Shown here: one piece after another, positions 28,645-39,700 of the stretch | Layout of the letters: each line of letters opens with the position of its first letter | Numbering within the stretch: position 1 is the first letter of the stretch | Origin: a virus | Strand: one strand, 5' to 3' | Length of the DNA: 64,000 bases | Virus record (IMG/VR): IMGVR_UViG_3300024999_000042 | Notes under the pieces: model-generated | What the model saw: only the letters and a program-made list of their open reading frames with translations | Told to the model about the DNA's origin: nothing | Databases searched by the model: none | Position numbers and translations under genes: made by a program

Positions 28645-30654
28645 TTATAAGTTTTCACAAATTATAAAGGGGTATCCTTCACCATCCATTCCAAATTTCT
28701 CTTTAATAACCTTATTTGCTCTGATTCTCTTCAAACCATAAGAATCCAATATTTCCTTCAATGATTTCTTAATTTGGACTTCAGTTGTAATATATAAATA
28801 TTTGTCTCTTAATTTAATCACAATTTCTCTTTCTGTTGCATACCCCTGTTCTTCGATTAATTCAAATATTGCCCTTACAATATTAAGAGTCCTTTCATCA
28901 CTTTTCTTAGTTGTAGTTCTATCAACAACCTGATATGTACCTTCAACAACCTCTGTAACCTTTTTATATTGAGGGTATAATTCATTTGCCATGTCCAATC
29001 CCTCTGCTCTATAAAACATCTCCCTACTAACACCCTTCATAGTGTAATGATTCTCTTTCCATTGTTTTGCTCGTTGCTCGATTTCAGGAAATTTATTTAC
29101 AGTGTATGAAGGAATAGAAAAGAAATTAATGTGATTATTTTTATCTGTATTAATACTTATTGCTTTTGCTCGCTTTAGAAACCTTTCAGGCAAATCAGCA
29201 TCATCGAGTTTATTAAGTAATTTATGATAAGTTAAAACCACTAATTTTTGATATATTTTATTTATAGAGTTAGGACTAATTCCCATTTGTTTAGCAAAAT
29301 AATTAGCACTAGTAAAGAATGCTACATGACCATCTTCGTCTGTTAAGTTTTCATTCCTTACATTATCCATAGCAATCCATATTAATTTCTCAAGATAATG
29401 TTTTATATTTTTGATATTCTTGTTAGCTTGAGGACAATTTTCTTCAAATTCTATATCACCATTTAATACTCTTAAATTTTCATGCAATATTTCTTTTTGT
29501 TCTTTCTGCCAATCTGTTTCCATAATTTCAAGATTGAACATTTCTTTAATAAATTTATAAGTTTTTGGTCTACTTTGGAAATTAGCTAATCTTTCAATAA
29601 CTCCAATAATATTGTAAGTTATACCACAATTACTACTATGGCATTTATAAATCCATGCTCCATCGTCTGCTTGAAATATTCCTGCTGAATTATTATTATC
29701 ATTGTGGAATATACATTTAATAGAACTTGGATAATGGAACTCTAATAATTCTCCTAAATTAATCTCTTTTCTAATATAATCAATAAATTCTTGATTAGTC
29801 TCAAATATCTTTTTATCTCCTGAACCATATTTCTCCTTTAAATACTTAATATTTCTATTGCTTATTGCTTCAATAGTATAAGTATTGGATTCAAGAGGAG
29901 GGGTTTTAGGGGTACTAGATAATATAGGTATTATTATTTTATCATTATTATCTAGTACCCCTTTTCTTGAATTACTATTATTGAGAGTAATAGTTTTATT
30001 ATTAGATTGTTGTTTAATTTCCTTTGCCTCTATGCCCTTACTTATCTCTATAATGTTGTTACTATTTAATATATTACCACTATTAAAAGGCATTGTTTTA
30101 CCAGCATAATAAAATCTATTTAAATTTTTACAAGATGGATCAGATTCGCCCATCATTTCCATAAAATATAAATGTATTCTTTTAGCTGTCTCAAAATCAG
30201 TAATTACCTTATCAAGTATAAATACCAATCTCATTTTATGTTGTTCTTCTTTATGACTAAAAGAGGTATATATAAAATTAGGTATTAAATTAATATCTTT
30301 ACAATGTTTAATAATATCATCATAACTTTTATGTTGTTTACTTCCTACTAGAAATCTTACTTTTGTCTTTTTCCCTTCAACTAATTTTACAGAATCATTT
30401 AGAACAATATCGTCAGTTAAATTTCCTTCATTATCAATATCAATCATAAATACTTGTTGAGATATCCATTCACTTTCTTGCTTACCACAATAGGATGGCC
30501 TAACTGTCTTGCCCTCAAGAATACTAGTTTTTATCTCTTCGATGGAGTATTCTTTCATAATATCAATTGTCATTCTTTTTGTTATGTCCGATGGATCATA
30601 ACCTTTCGGTTTAGTTTGATAACCTACTGTGTCAATTATTAATTTGATTTCCAT
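28645..30654 (-). CDS. primase-like replication protein (AEP/primpol-like N-terminus + CHC2 zinc finger + wHTH-like region)
   Basis: VFMIDID, YTSFSH..KMRLVF, DPSCKN; CIFHND...YKCHSSNC. Confidence 0.7.
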   Translation of the reverse strand: MEIKLIIDTVGYQTKPKGYDPSDITKRMTIDIMKEYSIEEIKTSILEGKTVRPSYCGKQESEWISQQVFMIDIDNEGNLTDDIVLNDSVKLVEGKKTKVRFLVGSKQHKSYDDIIKHCKDINLIPNFIYTSFSHKEEQHKMRLVFILDKVITDFETAKRIHLYFMEMMGESDPSCKNLNRFYYAGKTMPFNSGNILNSNNIIEISKGIEAKEIKQQSNNKTITLNNSNSRKGVLDNNDKIIIPILSSTPKTPPLESNTYTIEAISNRNIKYLKEKYGSGDKKIFETNQEFIDYIRKEINLGELLEFHYPSSIKCIFHNDNNNSAGIFQADDGAWIYKCHSSNCGITYNIIGVIERLANFQSRPKTYKFIKEMFNLEIMETDWQKEQKEILHENLRVLNGDIEFEENCPQANKNIKNIKHYLEKLIWIAMDNVRNENLTDEDGHVAFFTSANYFAKQMGISPNSINKIYQKLVVLTYHKLLNKLDDADLPERFLKRAKAISINTDKNNHINFFSIPSYTVNKFPEIEQRAKQWKENHYTMKGVSREMFYRAEGLDMANELYPQYKKVTEVVEGTYQVVDRTTTKKSDERTLNIVRAIFELIEEQGYATEREIVIKLRDKYLYITTEVQIKKSLKEILDSYGLKRIRANKVIKEKFGMDGEGYPFIICENL
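29908..29962. repeat. 17-bp perfect inverted repeat in the linker of the primase-like gene
   Basis: AGGGGTACTAGATAATA / TATTATCTAGTACCCCT. Confidence 0.85.
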
Positions 30655-30704
30655 TTTTACAACATCTCCTTCAATATTTTATTTGTTTCCTTAATTTTAA
30701 AAAG

Positions 30705-30758
30705 AGCAGACAAAGTGTTAAGGATTACACTCTTTTGGATGGCCTATCCTAGTCTGCT
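30705..30758 (-). ncRNA. three-way-junction/pseudoknot leader RNA (copy C)
   Basis: P1 AGCAGAC/GUCUGCU, P2 GGAU/AUCC, P3 loop UCCUUA complementary to downstream UAAGGA. Confidence 0.6.
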
Positions 30759-30826
30759 GTTGTGTATATTTCAACACAAAAAAGATGCACTCCCAAAAAC
30801 GAAATGCATCAATTTCTATTGAAATA

Positions 30827-30964
30827 TTATTTGTTTTTAAACATTGTGTAAGGATCGCCTTTGTTACCTGTGCCAACCTTAACAGGTAGAATTCCCTTAG
30901 AAAAATAGAATTGTGATTGTTGAGGGTTGTAAATATAAACGAATTCTTTTTCTTTAGTAATCAT
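30827..30964 (-). CDS. small DUF5659-like protein
   Basis: FVYIYNPQQSQFYFSKG; RBS AGGAG. Confidence 0.5.
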   Translation of the reverse strand: MITKEKEFVYIYNPQQSQFYFSKGILPVKVGTGNKGDPYTMFKNK

Positions 30965-31059
30965 ATAATTTAAATCTCCTTTGTTTTTTTTATTGTGATA
31001 TAATTATTAAAAGGAGTCATCCAAATTGGACAACCCCCTTAACGCCACATATTATTTAT

Positions 31060-31293
31060 TTAACTGTCTATATCCCCGGTCCATCTAAATTCAGCATCAT
31101 CTTCAAATAATTTATTATATAATTCAGTCAACCCTATACTATAAACATCTACAAGTTCATCATTATTATCAATTACACTAACATTGAATGTGTGATTAGA
31201 ATGATCAATTCCCATATCCATGAAAAAACCTTCGTTATTTAGTAGTGATTTAATTTCTTCAATTCTTGATTTGCTCATATTTATTCCTCCCAA
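31060..31293 (-). CDS. hypothetical protein
   Basis: ORF track. Confidence 0.55.
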   Translation of the reverse strand: MGGINMSKSRIEEIKSLLNNEGFFMDMGIDHSNHTFNVSVIDNNDELVDVYSIGLTELYNKLFEDDAEFRWTGDIDS

Positions 31294-31311
31294 TTATTTA
31301 TTATTTATTTA

Positions 31312-32478
31312 TTAACTATTAGTACCCGAATCCATTTTAATAAAATATTTTTCCCAATGATCTGTTATCTTTTTAAATCTTTCTTCTTTGTAAAATTCCT
31401 TACCCTGATACCATTTTCTAACAGGCTTATCATTCTTATCTTTATTACAACTTTGGCAAGCTGGAATTATATCATAGATAATATCACTACTATGTTCTTT
31501 AGATTGTGCTATGACATGCTCAGGAATCAAGTGATTATTCTCATCTTCTTCCTTGCCACAATATGCACAACAATTATCAAACTCATTCTTTATTTTCTCA
31601 AACTCAACATCATTTTTGGTATATCCATTTAAATCAATCCAATGTCCTTTATCTGATTTTACGATTCTTCCAATTAAGACTCCATTAACAAATTTCTCAA
31701 CTAAATCAATTCCATATTCTCTTAATATGTATTGCTTAGTATTACCAACAGTTTTAGGGAATTTAACTCCTAACCAATCTTCTAATGCTTTATAGCAATA
31801 CGAATATTGAGATGGTTCTTGATAAATATTAAATTTATATCCAAACTTATGTATTAAATCATTGAACAAATAACTAGGATTTTTATATTGTTTAAATACA
31901 ACAGTCTCCTTTAATTCAGAAATTGTTGCATTTGCATTGTCTAATTTAACTTCTAAATTATTTACTCTATTGTTTAACCAATTCATATTATCAATTAGTT
32001 CAACATTTTGTTGAGTGATGCTTTCTAATTTATTAATATTGATTTCCATAAATGATTGCATCTTTAATTCTATATCTGCATTATTCTCAACATTGAGTAA
32101 ATAAGTTCTAACTTGTTTTGCTATTATACTATCTCTCAAAAGCATACCTAATCTAAGAATACTTCTCCTTGGAAGAATTGTTAAAGATCCTGCTCTTGAC
32201 TCAATTTGACTCTCCGCTTTCAAAGCGGAAAGTTCTTTTCCTTTTAAAACCTTCATTCCGTCATCAGTTAATTCATCTTTATTATGTCTAATATGGCTTT
32301 CTATAGCATCTATATTAACTTCATAATAATTTGCTACATCTTTAACTGTTGTGTGAAGATTATCTGGCAACAAAACTAGTGCTTTTACTTTTTCTAAGAC
32401 ATAATCTTTATCCATATATTGATCTCTCATTGTTTTTGACTCTACCAACATTAACTCATTATTATTATTATTTTCCAT
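31312..32478 (-). CDS. antirepressor-like DNA-binding domain + coiled coil + HNH endonuclease
   Basis: VANYYEV...LRLGMLLRDSIIAKQVRTYLL; CAYCG...EHVI...PACQSCNKDK. Confidence 0.8.
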   Translation of the reverse strand: MENNNNNELMLVESKTMRDQYMDKDYVLEKVKALVLLPDNLHTTVKDVANYYEVNIDAIESHIRHNKDELTDDGMKVLKGKELSALKAESQIESRAGSLTILPRRSILRLGMLLRDSIIAKQVRTYLLNVENNADIELKMQSFMEININKLESITQQNVELIDNMNWLNNRVNNLEVKLDNANATISELKETVVFKQYKNPSYLFNDLIHKFGYKFNIYQEPSQYSYCYKALEDWLGVKFPKTVGNTKQYILREYGIDLVEKFVNGVLIGRIVKSDKGHWIDLNGYTKNDVEFEKIKNEFDNCCAYCGKEEDENNHLIPEHVIAQSKEHSSDIIYDIIPACQSCNKDKNDKPVRKWYQGKEFYKEERFKKITDHWEKYFIKMDSGTNS

Positions 32479-32506
32479 TATTAAAACAACCTTCTTTCTT
32501 TATAAT

Positions 32507-32671
32507 TTATTTTTTGTAATTATTGATAATATTTCTAAGTAATTCTCCATCTCTAAACAGATATACATTTCTTCCACCATTTTTTGCATCAATTCTAATA
32601 CTGTGCATTGGGAATCCATTCATTAGAATAAATCCTGCTAACCTTTGTGAAAAACAATTGTATAGTTCCAA
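32507..32671 (-). CDS. DUF5659-like small protein
   Basis: AAGGAGGTG RBS; CFSQRLAGFILMNGF...NVYLF. Confidence 0.6.
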   Translation of the reverse strand: MELYNCFSQRLAGFILMNGFPMHSIRIDAKNGGRNVYLFRDGELLRNIINNYKK

Positions 32672-33286
32672 CTTTCTCACCTCCTTTCAATAAATCAATT
32701 AAATCTGGACATAAATAAAAGAGAGAATCTTAAATTAATAAAATTCTCTCAAATCGAACTAAATCGCCTAATATTTGATTTTATAACCTATTTTACCTCT
32801 CTCATGCTTCCATTATCTCTTGATTCCTTCTATTTACTACCTAGTCTATACCTACCCTATGAATTGAGAATTTTCTGGGATTTATGTTTTAATTGTTTTA
32901 TTTCTCCAATATTAATAGAATTATAAGAAAAATAAAATATCCTATAATACATCCAACAATTATGTACTTCATATCTTGTCACCTTAATACAAATTACAAT
33001 ATTTACCACATTTACAACCTTACTACACCAACACTTTCAGGCCCACAATAAATTGAAATGCACAAAAACAACCCTAGAATCAATCAGAACTATCTTATAG
33101 CATAATTGTTCCACTCAATAAATCAAGACGCTTAAATGGGCCTCTAATTTGTGATATCTTACATTTATTAATATTCAATTAAATCAAATTTTAATAAAAT
33201 TTTTCTTACACCAAAATAAATTTCTACACAAAAATTTGTATATAATTTATCAACTTGATTAATAAAATTTTTCATTATTGTCATAA

Positions 33287-33823
33287 TTATTTCTCCTCTG
33301 TGATAGATTTATTTACAGTTTCTATAACTGATTTAACTGCCAATTCCGCATCGTTTGTTGCTTTGACTAAAACTTTATCATATGTTTCTTTCATCATTTC
33401 TTCAGGAATAGAAATTGTATTTGTTGATGTTTCTTCTTTAATATTATTTTCAATTAATTCTGTTACAGGAATATCAGGTTGAACAATTACATTATCTAAC
33501 TCATTTAAACCCTTCTTAACTTCTAATACACTACTCTCCAATAATAGTCTCCATTGATTATCATCTAATTTTACTCCGTACTTTTTAGCTAATTGATTTG
33601 CTGAATTTAAAGCAGAACTTAGTTTTACACTATTATCAATTCCTAAATCCTTTGAGACTTGATTTACGTAAGTAACTGCATTTGTAGCTATAATTTTTGC
33701 TGTATTAAGTTGTTTAGCGTTTGTATGTTGTCTGATGAATGAGACTAAATATGCGATTACAACTGGCAAACCAGTAGTGATAATTGTGAGTAAAGTGTTA
33801 TAAACTAAAGTATTAAAATCCAT
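33287..33823 (-). CDS. phage holin, LL-H-like
   Basis: N-terminal TM; AVTYVNQ..K; LLESSV; downstream of the endolysin. Confidence 0.75.
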   Translation of the reverse strand: MDFNTLVYNTLLTIITTGLPVVIAYLVSFIRQHTNAKQLNTAKIIATNAVTYVNQVSKDLGIDNSVKLSSALNSANQLAKKYGVKLDDNQWRLLLESSVLEVKKGLNELDNVIVQPDIPVTELIENNIKEETSTNTISIPEEMMKETYDKVLVKATNDAELAVKSVIETVNKSITEEK

Positions 33824-33854
33824 TTAATTCATCTCCTAATTTTCTTATTTTTTA

Positions 33855-34298
33855 TTACATAGAAATTTTAATTCCGTATTTATTAGCTAAATATCCCGCT
33901 ATACAAGCTCCTAAAATAGCTAATACTTTAATAATTATATCTTTTTTATTATTATCTTTTGTTTTTATTACTTCTGTATTTTTTGCATTTTCTGATTTTG
34001 TAATCTCAGTGTCTTTAATGTCTTTTGATTTAATTATCTCTGTATTATTATTACTGGTGTTAAGTACGAGTTGTGTCATTAAATTGGTCATCGAACTGGT
34101 GGTTTGCAAATAATTATTTTCGAAACGTACTAATGTGCCTTTGATATCCTTAACCTGTTCTTCTAGTCCAAACATTTTTTCTTTTGTAGTAGCTGTGTCA
34201 ATTTCTAACTTAATAATCCTGCAACCGTGGTCGTCTAATATTTCCTTGACTTCATTATCATCCAAACTCACATCTAACACCTCTTTCGTAATTAACAT
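33855..34298 (-). CDS. XhlA/holin-associated coiled-coil protein with C-terminal TM
   Basis: LDDHGCRIIKLE; C-terminal TM; lysis cassette position. Confidence 0.6.
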   Translation of the reverse strand: MLITKEVLDVSLDDNEVKEILDDHGCRIIKLEIDTATTKEKMFGLEEQVKDIKGTLVRFENNYLQTTSSMTNLMTQLVLNTSNNNTEIIKSKDIKDTEITKSENAKNTEVIKTKDNNKKDIIIKVLAILGACIAGYLANKYGIKISM

Positions 34299-34425
34299 TT
34301 GACTTTGCCCCTTTCTTATGATATATTGTTTATAGGTTGCATCTCTAGTACAGATGTATCCCTAGACAAGTTACAGAAATTGGGCAATTTTTCTGTACTT
34401 GTCATACATATGACAACTAAGTAAA

Positions 34426-34529
34426 TAAAATTAATAATTTCACTAAAGTTTAAACATTTACTAAAATTAATAATTTCACTAAAGTTTAAACATTTACTAA
34501 AATTTAATAATTTTACTAAATGTTTAAAT
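34426..34529. repeat. 36-bp tandem repeat (2 perfect + 1 degenerate copy)
   Basis: TAAAATTAATAATTTCACTAAAGTTTAAACATTTAC at 34426 and 34462. Confidence 0.9.
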
Positions 34530-34613
34530 AAAATTAAATTAACTTTAGTGGATTATATTTAAAGAGATATAATTTATAATTACATCTCTAATTTGAGTTT
34601 TTATTTAATAATA

Positions 34614-35279
34614 TTAAGCAAGTTCTAATCTTTTGGTAGCATATCCCAATTTTATAATATCCTTAATTAATTGATCTGCTTTTGAATCTAACACCCTCAC
34701 TGATAAATATACATCTTTATCTACTTTTGTTGTTGCATCTGCCACTTTATAAACAACTCCCTTATTATTTTTCAACTCAATAATCTTTGCATCAATGGCA
34801 TCACATAATTGTTTCCATGTTTTCCCCATTCTCGTTAAATAACCATAAGGATCTGTATGGTCGATCCCCTTGTATAATGATCTTAATCCATTATGTGACC
34901 AAACATTATCATCAACATTCCAATTGTGTTTAATACATAAATCAGCAACAAACCAAACTGTTTTATTCCATACAATTTCAAATTGAGCTTTATCTGCTGT
35001 TTCACACATTTCTATTCCTAACCACTCTCTATTACCTTGCCAATTACCTGTATGCCATGCCATTTCATTTTCAGGAATAAATTGATATATTTCTTCTCCA
35101 ATCCAATCTGCAATAAAGTGGACAGATGATTGTCTATCTGCGTTGTTCCAATAATTATAATGATTTAGAGAATTTGCTTCAATATTTGCTGTGCTGTGGA
35201 TTACGATTCCTTTAAGATTAATAAATTTTTCTTTTGGTCTATTCATTGATATTAATTGTTGTTTAATATAATATAACAT
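34614..35279 (-). CDS. endolysin, N-acetylmuramoyl-L-alanine amidase (Amidase_2)
   Basis: IVIHST, SSVHF, AWHTG, GIEMCE, SH...HTDP; start MLYY after AAGGTG. Confidence 0.9.
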   Translation of the reverse strand: MLYYIKQQLISMNRPKEKFINLKGIVIHSTANIEANSLNHYNYWNNADRQSSVHFIADWIGEEIYQFIPENEMAWHTGNWQGNREWLGIEMCETADKAQFEIVWNKTVWFVADLCIKHNWNVDDNVWSHNGLRSLYKGIDHTDPYGYLTRMGKTWKQLCDAIDAKIIELKNNKGVVYKVADATTKVDKDVYLSVRVLDSKADQLIKDIIKLGYATKRLELA

Positions 35280-35375
35280 AATTATTTTCACCTTCCTTAA
35301 TAATAAACATTTTTTAAAAGAGATTATTATAAAAACCATCCTCCAATATAAATCCACTATTTCTAGGATGTTATT

Positions 35376-35852
35376 TTAACAACTTTCAACAAATATTAAC
35401 TTATCTGAACTAACTATATCTTGTGGATTAGGATATCTTTTCTTCACAAGTCTACAATTTGCTTTAGAATAACTATCATTAACTAATTCACTGCATATGT
35501 CTGCTTTAGAATCTATAAATCTAAATTTAAATTTAAAAATTTGCTTTAAGAATAGAAAAAACAACAACAAATAATCATACTTTTGTCCGATACGTGAGAT
35601 TGCATAATCACAAATTTCTTTACGTTGAGATTCTGTTAAAAAATTACATGTGTAAATATCCATACCGCCTTTATAATCTGAGATATTGCGATAGCGAATA
35701 TGTCCCACATATCCATCTGCCTCCACTAATTGAGTAGGAGAGACTACTATGGCAACATGACTATATTTGCTAGATGTAATTGCTCTAATTGCTTCTGAAA
35801 CTATTGAATTTGAACGATACGCCACCACATCTCCAATCTTAATATTTTCCAT
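35376..35852 (-). CDS. permuted papain-like NlpC/P60 (YiiX/YebB) protein
   Basis: GDV, YSHVAI, IGQKYD, CSELV. Confidence 0.85.
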   Translation of the reverse strand: MENIKIGDVVAYRSNSIVSEAIRAITSSKYSHVAIVVSPTQLVEADGYVGHIRYRNISDYKGGMDIYTCNFLTESQRKEICDYAISRIGQKYDYLLLFFLFLKQIFKFKFRFIDSKADICSELVNDSYSKANCRLVKKRYPNPQDIVSSDKLIFVESC

Positions 35853-35938
35853 TATTTTAATTCACCTCCAATACAAAAATTGAGAGAAGAAATCAAATCT
35901 TCTCTCAATACTTAAAACCCGTATTTTCAGGGATTATT

Positions 35939-36352
35939 CTACCAATTAATAATTTCAGCTTTTGCGATAGTATCACAATTTATATCTTCAATTCCAGCTT
36001 TCAATCCAAAATACTTCATTAATAAACCTTCTTTATGTGTTTTTGCTTCTTTAAAGATTACTAAGAATTGCTCTCTTGTAAACATTGCTAATCCTGCGTC
36101 AGATGTATTAAAAGCGATTGAATTTAATTCAGGGTAAAGAGCGAGTGACAAACCCGTTTGAGTCATATTGTTTTGGTAGTCAGCATTTAATGGAAAAATA
36201 TGTCCTGTAGATTCTGAAACAAATCCATTCTCAATTTCTGCTGTACATTGTTGAAAGAGTTTTTCTATTTTCCAAACTTTGTATTCTAAAAGCGTGTTTG
36301 GAATTGCTAATTCTGATATTTCCGTATATACCCCATTTTCTAATATTTGCAT
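35939..36352 (-). CDS. DUF4376-like tail-fibre-associated protein
   Basis: IENGF...YQNNM...HKEG...EIINW. Confidence 0.7.
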   Translation of the reverse strand: MQILENGVYTEISELAIPNTLLEYKVWKIEKLFQQCTAEIENGFVSESTGHIFPLNADYQNNMTQTGLSLALYPELNSIAFNTSDAGLAMFTREQFLVIFKEAKTHKEGLLMKYFGLKAGIEDINCDTIAKAEIINW

Positions 36353-36390
36353 ATATTATTTTACTCCTTTTTAATAATTTATTAATTATC

Positions 36391-36699
36391 TCAACCAATA
36401 TCTACATATTTTCCAAAACAATTTGTCTCCATTAATAAATCATATGCTTTTCTAAAATTTCCTTCACATATGATAAGTGCTTTTTTGATATCCATAATTC
36501 CATGTCCTGTAAGTTCACGAAATTCTTTTATCATTTTTGCAGTTATAGTTGTTGTTTTATAATCTATTGAATTCAACTTTTTCCTATATTCAGGTGCATG
36601 TAATTCTTCTACAATTGGAATCATACCAAGAGTAATTATTTCATCACTCTTGGTTTCATAATGTTTATTGTAAATTGGACAATCTGCTGTTAATAACAT
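36391..36699 (-). CDS. small protein containing an EF-Ts N-terminal (UBA-like) domain
   Basis: [38 protein letters not shown] versus the EF-Ts pattern ITA..VKELRE.TGAGMMDCKKAL. Confidence 0.75.
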   Translation of the reverse strand: MLLTADCPIYNKHYETKSDEIITLGMIPIVEELHAPEYRKKLNSIDYKTTTITAKMIKEFRELTGHGIMDIKKALIICEGNFRKAYDLLMETNCFGKYVDIG

Positions 36700-36718
36700 T
36701 TAATTTGTCACTTCTTTC

Positions 36719-39700
36719 TTAACCCAATGCTCCTAGCAATTTAGTAACATATTTTTCTACACCAGTATTTGCCCTAGTCATCACGATTCTCTGAGCAATT
36801 TTACTTCCAACAGGAGCAAATATTGTATATTGATCTTCTTTGGTGTCAACATCGACTACTGTAGTTTTTTTAGTAGGGGTTAGAAATATCTCATTACCTG
36901 AGTTGATTATTGAGAATTTAGAGTCAATTGTGAAATTTACATCGTTACTATACTGTATCCAAGAGGCAATTTGTCCTGAACTTACAGCAGGAGTAATATT
37001 ATAAACTACTGACTCTTCTAAAAGTGGCAAAAAGGTAATATCTGACCACAAACCAAAAAATTTAACAACACTGCTACTCATATAAATAATCAATGGCTTA
37101 CTAAAATTAACTCCACTCGAATTATCTAACGCACTTGCATTAGTACCTGCTCCAATAGTTGTTAATCCACCAAAAGTAGTTGTTCCATTTAAGCAAACTT
37201 GATAAACTAATGTTCCATTATCTTCATAAATAGCATAAATATTTCCACTTGAATCTTCTGTTAAGGATACATTTTTACGGTCAACTGTATTTCCTGTTGT
37301 GATTTTAGTAGCTGTATTCCATGTTGCACCAGAATCATCTGAATAGTTAACTCTTACGTTTTGTTTTATTGTATCGGTAGAATCTAATCCGTGCCATCCA
37401 GTCCAAATTCGTCCGATGTTTGACCCATATTTTTTGGTTAGCGAGGAGGGATTGGATTGAATATAAGAAGTCGCTCCTGCATTATAAACGTATACTCCAC
37501 CATTCCAAGAGGAGCCAGAATAAGAGTAACACAAGATGCCATGTTCGCTGGTTGAATAATTAAGATCACAAATAATCCTTGGATTTCCATTGTTTAAACA
37601 AACTATTGAAGGATTCTTTAAATCTTCATTAACTGTGTTTAAAGTAGTAATCTGTGTCACAGCACTCCAAGTAACCCCGCCATCTGTAGATTTTGAATAT
37701 CTAATATTGAAACTATTGGGATATGTGGCATTTTTACTACACCATGTAGCATAGAGATAACCGAGGGAGTCTATTGCTATGGAACAACCTGAACCAAGTG
37801 CTGTCTGAGATTCCAAAGTATAAGCTCCTAGATTGACGTTTGAAACGGTTGTGGCATCAAATGAGTTATAGTTTATAGTTAAAGTCGATTGACGACTAAT
37901 TAAAAACCAAACTTTAGTACCTGAACTAACTAAAGCAAAACTACTACCTGCGCCTATGGTTTCAGACGTACATAATTGAGTATATATAGAACTATTATCT
38001 TTCGATACGTAAAATCTTAAGGTATTTCCAGTAGAGTCATAAACTCCTGCAACCAACCACCCATTACTCAACCTAACTAACTTCCTACCACCATTACCAC
38101 TTGTATCATACGCACTTGCAACAACAGTTGTAGGAGTAGACCTATCATAAGTTGTTGATGATGTGAAACCTGATGAAAACCCTAATCTGCCATTTACAGT
38201 ATCAACATTACCTAAACTACGATAGCACCAAACATTAGTTTTATAGTTGTTTTGTAAAGGTGTTACTTCTAGGTGAGGGTCATAAGTTGTTGTTGAGAAA
38301 ATGCCTCGGAATTTTACTGAAGGTGTTTGATTGTCCTGATAGATACAAATTGGGTCAGTGAAGTTTTGGTAATTAGAACAGATTGAAGGATGCAAAGCAT
38401 CAGCAGTTGTATTAGTTGTAAGGTTGATGATTGAACCCCATAAACCACTAGAATAAACAATTTTTCTAATCTGTGCATATGTTGCAGATTCTGTAAAACG
38501 TGCTCTCCACAAAACATACAGATTATTGACATTATCAAAAGTAATTGAGGGAATATATTGAGAATAAGTGTTGCCAGTTGTTAGTTTTAGCATAGCACTC
38601 CATGTAACTCCACCATCAGTTGACTTAGAATAACGAATATTAGAAGCTGATGATTCAGTCACGTCTAATCCATACCAAATCACGTGAATAACTCCATCAC
38701 TGGTAACACAAGCATTTGGTGTAGATTGAGTGTAAGTTGAGTAATAAATATCATACCTAGTCCATAAACTACCATTGTAGTTTAGATTGCGTACATAGCG
38801 ATTAGTCCCATCAGTCCAAGCATAAACTATATTTGGATTACCATTTTGCATTACTATACACGGGGAGCTACAGTCATTCCCTGAAGCATTGAATGATTGT
38901 AATTGCTGAACACTACCCCACGTTACACTACCATCACCTGCAATTGTGCCTTTTGCATAGCGAATGTTGAAACTATTGGGATATGAACTGTTTTTTGAAC
39001 ACCAACAAGCGTGTAGTTCTGTTCCTGTTGAGTTAATTGCTAGGGAACAGGTGCCCATTGTGGTCTGCGTAGATTCAATAGTTGTTCCAACAGCACTTCC
39101 GTCTGTACTTATACGATAAACCTGTTCACCCCAGTTATTAAAGTTAACCATAACGTAGACATAGTTCCCGTGTGCACATGTAGCTATTCCCTGAACTGAA
39201 GTAAATCCTGATGATAATGCATTATGTAATACTGTCCATGTGGCACCATTGTCTATACTTTTGTAGCATATAAACCCAGTAGTGGATATTTGAACTGTAG
39301 ACACTATCCACCCATTGCTCAAAACCTGTGGTCTAGCTGAAGCAGAGGTAGTATAAGCAGAAGCAACAACAGTAGTAGGTGTGCTTCTGTCATAAGTTGC
39401 ATTTTCTGTACTAATTCCACCATTTGTCACTGTTACATATTCTTTATTCACATCATCTTGAATGGTGATTTGTTGCCCTGTTGCAAACCATTTAGTTGAT
39501 GCAGTTGATGTGTCAACTTTAGATATTAGATTTGTGTCACCTGCTGTTAAGGGGGATGTTGCTTTGGTTTTTGTTGTGTCTAATATTCCAGTTGAATAAG
39601 TTGTGATTCCGTTAAATAAGTCAAAAAATCCTGCTGACATACCTGATGTTCTATTGGATATTGCAGCTAGGGCAGCACCATTTGCAGCTAATTTTTCCAT

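Noticed and set aside
34426-34529. CRISPR array
   Set aside because: Repeats are directly abutting with no spacers, and no cas genes are present
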